The translations under genes were made by a program, and so were the position numbers. The notes beneath the pieces were generated by a model. It ran no database searches and was not told the origin of the DNA. It was given only the letters and a program-made list of their open reading frames with translations. Shown one piece after another: positions 29,568 through 40,002 of a DNA stretch of 64,000 bases. Where the stretch lies: positions 866,398 through 930,397 of the forward strand of contig NZ_KI912107.1 in NCBI RefSeq assembly GCF_000517085.1, in the 5' to 3' direction. This DNA is from Saccharicrinis fermentans DSM 9555 = JCM 21142 (lineage in GTDB: Bacteria > Bacteroidota > Bacteroidia > Bacteroidales > Marinilabiliaceae). Positions within the stretch are counted from its first letter, which is position 1; each line of letters opens with the position of its first letter.

Positions 29568-29773
29568 CTAACATTCCCTACTTATTATCAGCTTCATATG
29601 CTCATTCTACCTGAGTGAAATTATCTTCTTTACGTTTTCTGTTTTACACTTTTATGAAAGTGTTTTTCGTTATATGTATTTAGATATAATTAGTAGTTAG
29701 TTATGCTTTTTATATCTTAATGCATATAATATTATTAATCAATACTCAATTACGAACGCACTGCGTTCGTAAT

Positions 29774-30787
29774 CTATTTGTTGTATTGTTCATAGGCTTT
29801 TGTAAGCAAATCACTCATTTTTTTCCTTAAAGAAGGAGGAGATAATACTTCCAATGCTGGTCCAAAACCTAGGAATAATCGTTCCAATTCATAATTTGGT
29901 ATTAATTTAATACTGATGATAATTCCATTATCGTTTTGCTCAATGAGTTTCTGCGTCCAATGGATGGGTTTGGTTAAAACGTAAGGTGCGTTTTCTGAAT
30001 TGATGGCTAATTTTATTATTCTTGGTTCAAGGCCATGATTGACGGTAACACCAATAATGTTTTCATAATAGGAGTCCGGATGAAAAGTTTCATCCATTTT
30101 AAATTTAATATTCTCAGCTGGTTGAAAAGATTCAATACGATCCAATGCTAAGGTGATAATTGTTTCTCCTTTTGTTTTTCTTCCAACTAAAAACCATCTA
30201 TTATTAAACTCTTTTAGTAGATATGGATGAAAATAGATGCGTTGTGATTTCCTGGCTTTAAAAGATTTATAATTAATGATAATGACTTGCTGTTTAAGAA
30301 TCTCTTCGTATAATCCATTTAGATGCTCAAGACCTTTTAATTCTTCGTTGCGTTCAATATGTATGATTGGACGAGATTGATTTTGCTCAGTATGTATTTT
30401 GTTCTCTAATTTCTGTATTAATCCTGTCATCTCTTTAAAATGACTAAATCCTTGAAACTGCTTTAAGATTTCTATTGCATCCGTTAGTTTATCTAAGTCC
30501 TGATTTGACAAGGGTAAATTCGTAATTGAATAATCAGGATCTTCATAAGTGTAGTACTTTTTATCGGTGATGATGATAGGAGCATTATATCCCAATTTCT
30601 CACTTCGCATGGTTTGAATATCCAATTGAATGGTACGTTTACTAACCCCTTTGTCAATTCCCTCAAACTCATATAAAGCATCAGAACAAGTTTCAATTAA
30701 ATCCTCTAAAGTCCACTTCCTATATCTGTTACGCAAGCATTTATCAATAGTAGTATATCTAATGAGGGCATTCCTATTAACTGGCAT
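29774..30787 (-). CDS. WYL-domain transcriptional regulator (N-terminal wHTH plus WYL plus C-terminal domain)
   Basis: N-terminal wHTH-like region RYTTIDKCLRN, WYL region FHPYLLKEFNNRWFLVG. Confidence 0.7.
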   Translation of the reverse strand: MPVNRNALIRYTTIDKCLRNRYRKWTLEDLIETCSDALYEFEGIDKGVSKRTIQLDIQTMRSEKLGYNAPIIITDKKYYTYEDPDYSITNLPLSNQDLDKLTDAIEILKQFQGFSHFKEMTGLIQKLENKIHTEQNQSRPIIHIERNEELKGLEHLNGLYEEILKQQVIIINYKSFKARKSQRIYFHPYLLKEFNNRWFLVGRKTKGETIITLALDRIESFQPAENIKFKMDETFHPDSYYENIIGVTVNHGLEPRIIKLAINSENAPYVLTKPIHWTQKLIEQNDNGIIISIKLIPNYELERLFLGFGPALEVLSPPSLRKKMSDLLTKAYEQYNK

Positions 30788-31063
30788 ATTGTATTTTTTT
30801 TAAGAAAAATAGAAAAAATATTCTACTACGCAAAAAGATTGCGCAGTAACGATGAATCTTTGTAGAGTCAATCAGACAAACGTTCTTTGAATACACTCAC
30901 TTTTGTGATTAAAAATATTTCTTCTCTGTATGAGAGGATAAAGACATGATTAAAACAAAGTTTCAAGGCTTGATGTAAGTTTCTGTATAGCTTCATAGTA
31001 TTGGCTTAGTAAAGTTCAATGTGCTACTTGTTTTTTTGCTTTTTTTCATACCCGATGTGTGTT

Positions 31064-31088
31064 GGAGGTTCGAGTCCTCCTTCTGATA
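31064..31088 (+). other. tRNA 3'-end fragment (perfect T-arm GGAGG-TTCGAGT-CCTCC plus acceptor strand TTCTGAT-A)
   Basis: Seen directly. No matching 5' half lies upstream. Confidence 0.4.
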
Positions 31089-31092
31089 AATG

Positions 31093-31173
31093 TCAGAATA
31101 GCTAAAATAGGTAGAGCAACATCTCTAATTGGTAAGGTCGCAAGACTACAGGTTCGAACCCTGACTCTGAGTT
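31093..31173 (+). pseudogene. degenerate tRNA-like sequence (intact D-arm, GCAA-tetraloop extra arm, T-arm-like CAGG-TTCGAAC-CCTG, broken anticodon stem)
   Basis: TAGCTAAAATAGGTAGAGCA D-arm. The acceptor stem has 5 of 7 pairs. Confidence 0.35.
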
Positions 31174-31450
31174 AACTACTCACTTTTTAACAGTTACATG
31201 AAAGTAGAGTGACTAATAGCCGGTATTCATTTTCGGATGATAACAATCTTTGGCTTACTAGCGAATGAGGTGTAATGATTATTGCGGATAATTACTTACT
31301 CTATAGATATGCAATTCAGATTATCGAATTCAATCCATAGATAAACTAATTGTTCAGAAATAGTGATTCTCTAATTCCCGTTACCAAAGATGGCTTTGTC
31401 GCTCTGCTTATTTATTAAATGAATGATTAACAAACTAAAAATACCTAAAG

Positions 31451-32551
31451 ATGAAACGAATAAGAATAAACAAAGGTAAAATCGGTTTAGTATTTAGAAA
31501 TGGAGATTATATTAAAATATTAAAAGCTGGTACTCATTGGGTGTGGTTCTTTGATAAAGTAGGGATTTGTAATATGTCGCAACCATTTACAGTATCTATG
31601 GAATTAAACATCTTGTTGCAAGATGAAGAATTAGCCGACATGTTAGAAGTTGTAGAAGTGTTGGATAATGAATTGGTATTGAAATATGAAAACGGAGTAT
31701 TCAATGAAGTGCTTAAGCCTGGGCGTTATGCGTATTGGAAAGGATCAACGAACTATGCCTTTAAAAAAGTAGATTTAAGTAAGGTAGATATTACCGAAGA
31801 TATACCTGTAAATATTCTTTATAAAACTGATATTTTTCCTTATGTAAGAATTTATCGTGTAGAGTCGTACGAAAAAGGTTTGTTGTTTGTTGATGATAAG
31901 TTTATTAAAGAGTTAAACCAAGGTGTATATTGTTTTTGGAAAAATAATACACCAGTACTAGTTATGAAAGCAGATTTGCGTCAAACACAACTAGAAATCT
32001 CAGGTCAGGAATTATTAACAAAAGATAAAGCAGCGATTCGAATCAGCTTTTTTTCTACGTATAAAGTAGTAAATGCGATGAAAGCTTTAACAGAAAATCA
32101 AGATTATAAGAAGCAATTGCATGTAACGCTTCAGTTAGCTTTGCGAGAATATGTGGGTACGTTAACCTTGGATGAAATATTGGAGAGAAAAGAGGAGGTG
32201 GCTGATTTTATTATGGGTTCCGTACGCGAAAAATCTGTTGATTATGGTATAGAGTTATCTGATGGTGGTATTCGAGATATAATTTTGCCAGGAGAAGTTA
32301 AAGAAATCATGAATCAGGTATTGGTGGCACAAAAGAGAGCTCAAGCTAATATTATCACGCGCAGAGAAGAAACAGCATCTACACGAAGTTTATTGAATAC
32401 TGCTAAATTGATGGAGGATAATACTATGCTTTTTAAGTTAAAAGAAATGGAGTATGTGGAAAAAATTGCAGATAAAATCAATACTATTTCCTTATCCGGT
32501 GGTGGACAAGTAGTAGATCAGTTAAAGGAGATATTTTCTACTGATAGATAA
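31451..32551 (+). CDS. SPFH/band-7 domain protein (RtcB partner)
   Basis: SPFH core ...REYVGTLTLDEIL...DYGIELSDGGIRDIILPGEVKEIMNQVLVAQKRAQANII. The pairing with rtcB is also preserved in the decayed paralog. Confidence 0.75.
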   Translation: MKRIRINKGKIGLVFRNGDYIKILKAGTHWVWFFDKVGICNMSQPFTVSMELNILLQDEELADMLEVVEVLDNELVLKYENGVFNEVLKPGRYAYWKGSTNYAFKKVDLSKVDITEDIPVNILYKTDIFPYVRIYRVESYEKGLLFVDDKFIKELNQGVYCFWKNNTPVLVMKADLRQTQLEISGQELLTKDKAAIRISFFSTYKVVNAMKALTENQDYKKQLHVTLQLALREYVGTLTLDEILERKEEVADFIMGSVREKSVDYGIELSDGGIRDIILPGEVKEIMNQVLVAQKRAQANIITRREETASTRSLLNTAKLMEDNTMLFKLKEMEYVEKIADKINTISLSGGGQVVDQLKEIFSTDR

Positions 32552-32707
32552 AAAATAGAAAACATTAAAGAATCCCATTTAAAAAAATGTCACATAGAGT
32601 ATGACCAGAACCTAATGGGAGTAAGTAAAGAATTATGGTGTATTGGTTTTAATTCCTGTACATCAGTCTAAATACTTTATACTTGTGTCTTGATATTAAA
32701 ATTAAAT

Positions 32708-33871
32708 ATGAAACAAGTTATATCAACAGAAAACCGACCTATAAAAATGTGGTTGGACGAAATAGAAGAGAATGCCTTAATTCAGGCAAAAAACATGGCC
32801 AACTTGCCCTTTGTACATAAGCATGTTGCTTTAATGCCAGACGCGCATATGGGCTATGGAATGCCTATAGGTGGTGTATTGGCCACCAAAGGTGTTATCA
32901 TTCCCAATGCTGTAGGCGTTGATATTGGATGCGGTATGTGTGCTATGCGAACCAGTATAGGTGATGCTGATTCTGATACATTAAAGAGTATCATGAGTCA
33001 AATACGAAAGCTGATTCCTGTAGGATTTAATTGGCATAAAGAGGCTCAAGATGAAAAATATATGCCAAATATGGATGTGTTACCCGCAATTGTTGAACGA
33101 CATATTATAAAAGCCCAAAAGCAGATTGGTTCTTTAGGCGGTGGAAATCATTTTATTGAAATTCAACACGGATCGGATGGTTATATCTGGGTAATGATTC
33201 ATTCTGGGAGTAGAAACTTAGGCAATCAAGTAGCTCAATTCTATAACAAAAAAGCGAAAGCTTTAAACGAACGTTGGCATGCTTCAGTTCCAGCTTCATA
33301 CGACTTAGCATTTTTGCCCATCGAAACGGATGAAGCACATGCTTATATGAAAGAGATGAATTATTGTGTAGATTTTGCTTTTGCTAACCGTCGTTTAATG
33401 ATGGAGCGTGTGCAACATGCTTTTCAATCAGTTATGAAAGGAGAAGTGGAGTTTGATGAATTAATAAACATTGCCCATAACTATGCTGCTTGGGAGAATC
33501 ATTTTGGCGAAAATGTGCTGGTTCATCGTAAAGGGGCAACCAGAGCACGTTTAGGTGAATTAGGTATTATTCCGGGATCACAAGGAACCAAATCATATAT
33601 CGTGGAAGGTTTAGGAAATCCAGAAAGCTTTGAGTCATGCTCGCATGGTGCAGGTCGTGTAATGGGGCGTAAACAAGCGCAACGAGAGTTAGATTTGAAC
33701 ACTGAGATCAAGCGTTTGGATGATAAGGGCATTATTCACGGCATTCGTCATAACAAAGATCTAGATGAAGCGGCAGGAGCCTACAAGGATATTGATACCG
33801 TAATGGCCAATCAACAAGATTTAGTTAAAGTAAAAGTGGAGTTGGAGCCTTTGGCAGTGGTGAAACGGTAG
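32708..33871 (+). CDS. rtcB: RtcB-family RNA 3'-phosphate/2',3'-cyclic-phosphate ligase
   Basis: Motifs MPDAHMGYG, GGGNHF, HRKGAT and CSHGAGR. About 390 aa. Confidence 0.85.
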   Translation: MKQVISTENRPIKMWLDEIEENALIQAKNMANLPFVHKHVALMPDAHMGYGMPIGGVLATKGVIIPNAVGVDIGCGMCAMRTSIGDADSDTLKSIMSQIRKLIPVGFNWHKEAQDEKYMPNMDVLPAIVERHIIKAQKQIGSLGGGNHFIEIQHGSDGYIWVMIHSGSRNLGNQVAQFYNKKAKALNERWHASVPASYDLAFLPIETDEAHAYMKEMNYCVDFAFANRRLMMERVQHAFQSVMKGEVEFDELINIAHNYAAWENHFGENVLVHRKGATRARLGELGIIPGSQGTKSYIVEGLGNPESFESCSHGAGRVMGRKQAQRELDLNTEIKRLDDKGIIHGIRHNKDLDEAAGAYKDIDTVMANQQDLVKVKVELEPLAVVKR

Positions 33872-33874
33872 AGA

Positions 33875-33902
33875 AAAACTGGTGTAAATAACCAGTTTTT
33901 TT
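33875..33902. terminator. bidirectional terminator between rtcB and mnmE
   Basis: AAAACTGGT-gtaaata-ACCAGTTTTTTT, plus a second palindrome GTCGTCGGACGAC. Confidence 0.6.
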
Positions 33903-33938
33903 GCTATTAAAATTCAATTATTCGCCGTCGTCGGACGA

Positions 33939-35354
33939 CTATTTTCCGATACAGAAATTTTTAAATATATTGCCCAGTACTTCGTCAGTTTGTATTTCAC
34001 CACCGGTTATTTCACCCAGAAACACCAGTACCTCACGGATATCCTGAGCCAGAAAATCGCCTGAAATACCTTTTTGCAGTCCGTCGACAACACGTAGTAT
34101 TGAAGAGTGAGAGCGTTGTAAGGCTTCGTAGTGACGGGCATTGGTGACGATTACTTCGTCATTGTCTACAGCTTTTAGATTGATGATTTTTATCAATTCG
34201 GCCGATAGTTGGTCTATTCCCGTTTGTTTCTGTGCCGATATGGAAATGATGGTATCAGTTCCTGACAGATCTTGGAATTTTGTTTTGTTGAATCGTTTTT
34301 CCACTTCCTCTGGGGGCAACAAATCAATTTTATTGATGGCCACTATTAATTTTTGATCTGCATTCATTTTATCTTTGACTTCGGCGATGGCCTCATGTAT
34401 TTTCTCATCGGGGTCATTGATGTCGAGCATCAAGACAACGATGGACGCAGATTCTATTTTACTAAAAGTACGGTTTATGCCTAGGTTTTCGATGGTGTCG
34501 GTGGTTTTTCGTATGCCAGCAGTGTCGATAAAACGGAACGAGATACCTTCTATATTGATGGTATCTTCAATAACATCCCGGGTGGTTCCATGTATGTCAG
34601 ATACGATGGCACGTTCTTCTTGCAGGATTGTATTAAGTAAGGTAGATTTACCCGCATTGGTATGACCAACGATAGCCACCGGGATTCCATTTTTGATGGC
34701 GTTACCCAAGGAGAAGGAGTGGAGTAGTTTCGACAATAGTTGTTCAATTTCGTTGATGAGATCAATCAACTGCTGGCGGTCGGCAAATTCCACGTCTTCC
34801 TCGCTAAAGTCCAGTTCCAGTTCAATGAGAGAGATGAAATTGAGTAGGCGTTCGCGCAGGCGCATTAATTCGTTGGAAAAACCACCTTTCATTTGTTGCA
34901 AGGCTACCCTGCGGGCTGCTTCACTCTTAGAGGCAATAAGGTCAGCCACGGCTTCTGCCTGTGAAAGATCCATTTTTCCGTTCAGGAAAGCTCTCTGGGT
35001 GAACTCTCCGGGAGCAGCCATTACAGCCCCATTTTTGATGAAGAGTTCCAATACCTTTTGTTGGATATATGGAGCCCCGTGGCATGATACCTCCACTGTA
35101 TTTTCTCCGGTAAAGGAGTTGGGTGCTTTAAAAATACTTACTAATACCTCATCTAGTTCTTTCCCGTTATCCATCAGTGATCCAAAATGAATGGTATTGG
35201 CTGCCTGATTGGTCAGTCTCTTTCCTTTTTTGGCTGCGTTAAAAACCCTGTCACAAATGAGAATGCTTTCAGGGCCAGTCAATCGCACAACTGCAATGGC
35301 ACCCGCCCCTTGAGCGGTAGAAACAGCGACTATCGTATTGTTTAAGTCTATCAT
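33939..35354 (-). CDS. mnmE: tRNA uridine-5-carboxymethylaminomethyl modification GTPase
   Basis: G-domain motifs GHTNAGKS and DTAG, and the C-terminal CIGK motif. Confidence 0.9.
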   Translation of the reverse strand: MIDLNNTIVAVSTAQGAGAIAVVRLTGPESILICDRVFNAAKKGKRLTNQAANTIHFGSLMDNGKELDEVLVSIFKAPNSFTGENTVEVSCHGAPYIQQKVLELFIKNGAVMAAPGEFTQRAFLNGKMDLSQAEAVADLIASKSEAARRVALQQMKGGFSNELMRLRERLLNFISLIELELDFSEEDVEFADRQQLIDLINEIEQLLSKLLHSFSLGNAIKNGIPVAIVGHTNAGKSTLLNTILQEERAIVSDIHGTTRDVIEDTINIEGISFRFIDTAGIRKTTDTIENLGINRTFSKIESASIVVLMLDINDPDEKIHEAIAEVKDKMNADQKLIVAINKIDLLPPEEVEKRFNKTKFQDLSGTDTIISISAQKQTGIDQLSAELIKIINLKAVDNDEVIVTNARHYEALQRSHSSILRVVDGLQKGISGDFLAQDIREVLVFLGEITGGEIQTDEVLGNIFKNFCIGK

Positions 35355-35399
35355 TGTATTTTTATTTGCTGCAAATTTACAGAATGCAGTCGAATAACA

Positions 35400-35990
35400 A
35401 AGCGGAAGATCAAGAATGATCTTCGTCTACGGAAAAAAAGCGTAACATATCCTGCATGTCAATGGATTCATTAAATAAGATATCTGCTTCAGTGGAGATT
35501 TCCTGCGCCATGGATGCAATTTTTTGGGTGTGTATATCCAATTCATTGATTGCACTGGCTATTTGTATAGCCTCCTTTTTTTGTTCCTGCGATGATTGGG
35601 CGATGGTTTGAATAAACTGGATGGTCTGGATAGATTCGGTATGAATATTTTGAATACTAACACTGCCTGTATCGGAGTACTTCTTCCCTTTACTGGAGAT
35701 GTTGGCTATTTCAGAGGTAATGATTTGGGATCTTTCTGCTAGTTCACGGATTCCTTTGCCACCACACCGAAGCCTTTGCCTGTATGACCGGCCTTGGCGG
35801 CTTCTATGGAAGCATTGAGAACCAGTATATTGGTCTGCATGGTGATTTCTTTGACGCTTCCCGACTTATGGATGAGTTGATCCATCATCTGGATGGCTTG
35901 TTGGTTCTGTTCCAGACTCAAATCTATTTTTTCGATGGATTGGGTTCCTGTTGTGGCTAGCTATTGTGCAATCTTAAGATCTCGCCAATG
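35400..35990 (-). pseudogene. frameshifted remnant of a methyl-accepting chemotaxis protein signalling domain
   Basis: Highly conserved MCP stretch [27 protein letters not shown], with continuation in another frame. Confidence 0.5.
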
Positions 35991-36424
35991 TTTATTAAAG
36001 TTCATATTTTTGCCTAGAATAAAGAAGTTAATGCTTGTAGTAAATTTTGTATTTATTGTCTGTAGGTTATTGCGTGCAAAAATAGATCTATGTGTATATA
36101 GGCTCATTAGCTGAGTATTAATTGAAAATTATGGTTTTATTTATTTTTATTGTTAATTAAATATGGCGTTTGCTGTGGTTTTTAAGGCGCATTATCTTGC
36201 CTAATTAGCTTACGTTAAGAGGAAAGATGTTTAGGGTAAGTGCTTTTTCCACTTTGAGTTATAAAATCAAAAAAAGAGATTTATATTCTATTAATTAATT
36301 GATAAAGCACTGTTTGCGACTAAAATGTTAGGTATTTGGTATTAACACAAAAAAACAAATTGAAGGCTTGGCTGTTGTCTAAAATATTCATACTTTGTTA
36401 ATCCAATATTTAGATATTTTATTT

Positions 36425-37294
36425 ATGAGCGTATTAGTAACAGATAAATCGAATGTGATAGTTCAAGGTTTTACCGGCAGTGAAGGGACTTTTCACGCTT
36501 CTCAAATGATTGAATACGGTACTAAGGTAGTAGGAGGTGTAACGCCTGGTAAAGGTGGCACAACTCATTTGAATCTACCTGTTTTTAATACGGTAAAAGA
36601 AGCTGTTGAGAAGGTGCAAGCCGACGTGTCTGTCATCTTTGTTCCCCCAGCCTTTGCTGCGGATGCAATTATGGAGGCTGCGGATGCGGGGATAAAAGTG
36701 GCCATTGCTATTACCGAAGGAATTCCTACTGCCGATATGGTGAAGGTAAAAGATTATTTACAACATAAAGAAACCCGTTTGGTTGGTCCCAACTGTCCAG
36801 GAGTGATATCTCCAGGCTTAGCGAAGGTGGGCATTATGCCTGGTTTTATTCATGCCAAAGGAAAGATTGGTGTTGTTTCTCGTTCGGGTACTTTGACCTA
36901 TGAAGCAGTGGATCAGCTTACCAAAGAAGGCTTGGGGCAGAGTACGTGTATTGGTATTGGAGGTGATCCAATTATTGGAACTACGACCAAAGAGGCCGTT
37001 GAATTATTGATGAATGATCCGGAAACCGAAGGTATTATTATGATTGGTGAGATTGGAGGTGGTATGGAAACCGAAGCGGCACGGTGGATAAAGGAGAATG
37101 CCACTAAACCGGTTGTTGGTTTTATAGCAGGACAAACAGCACCTAAAGGGCGCCGGATGGGACATGCCGGTGCTATTATTGGTGGGGCAGAGGATACTGC
37201 TGCAGCTAAAATGAAAGTGATGAAAGAATGTGGTATTCATGTGGTGGAATCACCTGCTTCATTGGGAGCTACCATGAAAAAAGCCCTTTCCTAA
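36425..37294 (+). CDS. sucD: succinate--CoA ligase [ADP-forming] alpha subunit
   Basis: [24 protein letters not shown]..., CoA-binding residues and the catalytic His region. Confidence 0.9.
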   Translation: MSVLVTDKSNVIVQGFTGSEGTFHASQMIEYGTKVVGGVTPGKGGTTHLNLPVFNTVKEAVEKVQADVSVIFVPPAFAADAIMEAADAGIKVAIAITEGIPTADMVKVKDYLQHKETRLVGPNCPGVISPGLAKVGIMPGFIHAKGKIGVVSRSGTLTYEAVDQLTKEGLGQSTCIGIGGDPIIGTTTKEAVELLMNDPETEGIIMIGEIGGGMETEAARWIKENATKPVVGFIAGQTAPKGRRMGHAGAIIGGAEDTAAAKMKVMKECGIHVVESPASLGATMKKALS

Positions 37295-37662
37295 GACAAG
37301 AAAATATATAATTAATCTTTGTAAGAAAAAACAGTTGTTTTCTTGCAGCCACTAATTATGATCATCTATTGAAAAACCTTTGGCATTTATGTTGGAGGTT
37401 TTTTTTGCATGAATGCGGTATCTAATTGGAAAATAGATGATGAATTGAAATTTTGGTCCATCAAGTAACAGTTTGATTTACTTTAATTTATTATAGCGTG
37501 AGCTATGGTGAGTCAAAAAAAGTATCCAAGTGAGGTATTAGAACTTCGTTATTGTTAGATTATGATGTTCTATATTTCTATCATCAGAGGTTCAACTTTG
37601 TGGGATGATTCTGTTTTGTTCAAAAAAAATATTTTGAGCTCTTTATCATGAAAAGAAGCTTG

Positions 37663-38184
37663 CTAAGGTGCGATGGTTATTTTTTTTTCTTCAACGATGG
37701 TTTTGTAGTGTACAAAGCCTGCTTTCTTATAACTCCTGATGGCATTGGGATGATCCAAATCGCAGGTATTTAATTGCACTTGAGTAGGATTAAAAGACCA
37801 GGCCAGGTCGATGGCTTTTCGTAAAAAGTATTTTCCATACCCTTTACCAATAAAATCAGAAAGTAAGCCAAAGTAGAGCATTTCAATATGCTTCCCCTCT
37901 TCAACAAGTTCACAATAACCTGCGAGACTTTGATGAACAAGAAAAGTGTAGATATGCGTTTGGGGGCTGTTTATTTTCTTAAGAAGTTTGGTATCTTCCA
38001 TAAAGATTCTATCTAGCCAGTTATAAGCTTCACCAACCTCGGTATATAATTTTCTATACCAATTTATGTCTATTGGTTTTTCAATATGAACGATATTGGT
38101 ATTTTCAATATTGCTCTGGGGATGTGGGGGAGGAGTTATCATTTTAAGAAAGTACACCTCTGATTGTATCGTATTATAGTTCAT
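37663..38184 (-). CDS. GNAT-family N-acetyltransferase
   Basis: GNAT motif A-like GKGYGKYFLRKAIDLA. Confidence 0.7.
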   Translation of the reverse strand: MNYNTIQSEVYFLKMITPPPHPQSNIENTNIVHIEKPIDINWYRKLYTEVGEAYNWLDRIFMEDTKLLKKINSPQTHIYTFLVHQSLAGYCELVEEGKHIEMLYFGLLSDFIGKGYGKYFLRKAIDLAWSFNPTQVQLNTCDLDHPNAIRSYKKAGFVHYKTIVEEKKITIAP

Positions 38185-38289
38185 GACAGTTTTTGTTTGT
38201 GTCAAAAATAAAAATCCCCCGTTGAATACACAACGAGGGAACAAACAAAAAGTGTACTAAGAATATCTTGAGCCACTAAATAGGTGAGG

Positions 38290-39936
38290 CTATGCAAGAA
38301 TCATTCTTTCAATATCATCTTTAACGTTGGTAATACCACCAATGCCGAAGTTTTCGATTAATACATTTGCTACATTAGGAGATAAAAATGCAGGTAAGGT
38401 AGGTCCCAGATTTATATTTTTAACACCGAGGCTTAATAAGGCCAATAATACGATGACAGCCTTTTGTTCGTACCAAGCGATGTTATAAACAATTGGAAGG
38501 TCGTTAATATCATCAAGACCAAAAACTTCTTTTAGTTTTAACGCAGTTACTGCCAATGAGTAAGAGTCATTACACTGTCCGGCATCCAATACCCTTGGTA
38601 TACCACCTATATCTCCCAAAGGAAGTTTGTTGTAGCGAAATTTCGCACATCCGGCAGTTAAGATTACAGTATCATTGGGTAGTTCAGTAGCAAATTCACT
38701 ATAGTACTCACGCTCATTCATTCTACCATCACAACCTGCCATCACAACAAATTTCTTGATAGCACCACTTTTAATAGCATCAACCACTTTATCAGCCAAT
38801 TGCAGTACTTGGTTATGAGCAAATCCACCTACTATTTCACCGCTTTCAATTTCAGTAGGAGCAGCACATTTTTTAGCGTGTTCTATAATGGCGCTGAAAT
38901 CTTTAGCCTGCCCATTTTGTCTGTCCGCAATATGTGTACATCCGTCGAAACCACTGGTTCCGGTTGTATACACTCTATCCTTGTAGCTATCTTTAGGAGG
39001 GACGATACAGTTGGTTGTGAATAAGATAGGTCCATTAAAGCTTTCGAACTCTTCTTTTTGTTTCCACCATGCGTTGCCATAGTTACCTACGAAATGTGTA
39101 TACTTTTTAAATGCAGGATAGTAGTTGGCAGGTAGCATTTCGCTGTGGGTGTAAACGTCTACACCAGTTCCTTCGGTTTGTTTCAATAGCTCTTCCATGT
39201 CTTTCAGGTCATGACCTGAAATAAGGATAGCAGGATTATTTTTAACACCAATATTTACGGATGTAATTTCTGGGTTACCATAACTTTCTGTGTTTGCTTT
39301 ATCTAACAGCGCCATGACATCCACTCCAAATTTTCCACATTCCAACACTAAGCCTACCAGTTCGTCAACTCCCAAATCATTATTGGTAGATGCCACCAAT
39401 GCTTTTTGTATAAACTCACATACTTCCTTGCTTTCGTATTGAAGGTTCATAGCGTGTTCTGCATAAGCAGCCATACCTTTAACACCATAAATTAAAAGCT
39501 CTTTTAAGGAGCGGATATCTTCGTTTTCGATAGAAAGAACACCGATGGCAGGAGCTACTTTCAGAAAGTCCTCTTGGGTTGAGCCCACGTAATTAACACT
39601 ATGTTCTTTCGTAGGAAGCTCAATTCCTTTTGCTGTTAATTCTTCTTTGAGAGCATCTCTTAGTTCAATTCCCTCTATGATTTTAGACTCTATTTTTCCA
39701 CCATCAAAATTTGCATTGGTGATGGTGATAAATAAAGCATCGATCATGTACTTATAGGCTTTATCACTGGCTAATTGGTTATTTGCTGCAATGGTATTTA
39801 CGTGCGCCAATCCTTTGGTCACAAATAATAATACATCTTGAAGTGCGGCTACCTCATCGGTTTTACCACATACTCCTTTGATTGTGCAACCTGTTCCTTT
39901 GGCTGCTTCCTGACATTGATAACAGAACATACTCAT
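38290..39936 (-). CDS. hcp: hybrid-cluster protein / hydroxylamine reductase
   Basis: N-terminal [16 protein letters not shown] cluster motif. About 550 aa. Confidence 0.9.
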   Translation of the reverse strand: MSMFCYQCQEAAKGTGCTIKGVCGKTDEVAALQDVLLFVTKGLAHVNTIAANNQLASDKAYKYMIDALFITITNANFDGGKIESKIIEGIELRDALKEELTAKGIELPTKEHSVNYVGSTQEDFLKVAPAIGVLSIENEDIRSLKELLIYGVKGMAAYAEHAMNLQYESKEVCEFIQKALVASTNNDLGVDELVGLVLECGKFGVDVMALLDKANTESYGNPEITSVNIGVKNNPAILISGHDLKDMEELLKQTEGTGVDVYTHSEMLPANYYPAFKKYTHFVGNYGNAWWKQKEEFESFNGPILFTTNCIVPPKDSYKDRVYTTGTSGFDGCTHIADRQNGQAKDFSAIIEHAKKCAAPTEIESGEIVGGFAHNQVLQLADKVVDAIKSGAIKKFVVMAGCDGRMNEREYYSEFATELPNDTVILTAGCAKFRYNKLPLGDIGGIPRVLDAGQCNDSYSLAVTALKLKEVFGLDDINDLPIVYNIAWYEQKAVIVLLALLSLGVKNINLGPTLPAFLSPNVANVLIENFGIGGITNVKDDIERMILA

Positions 39937-40002
39937 GATTAAATATTTTAATTGTGATTGATACGTGTTATTTATATATTATTTTCTATTGCATTTTCCA
40001 GG

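Noticed and set aside
18525-31597. Interpretation as a self-mobile integrative element with tRNA attachment site
   Set aside because: No integrase, excisionase or relaxase is present. The flanking repeats are a ~1 kb decayed gene duplication rather than a short att core. The tRNA fragments lack a matching direct repeat at the other end. It is better explained as a recombination-assembled variable region.
34141-35190. Several plus-strand ORFs of 71-165 aa
   Set aside because: They are antisense shadows within mnmE, whose G-domain and CIGK motifs identify the true frame on the minus strand.
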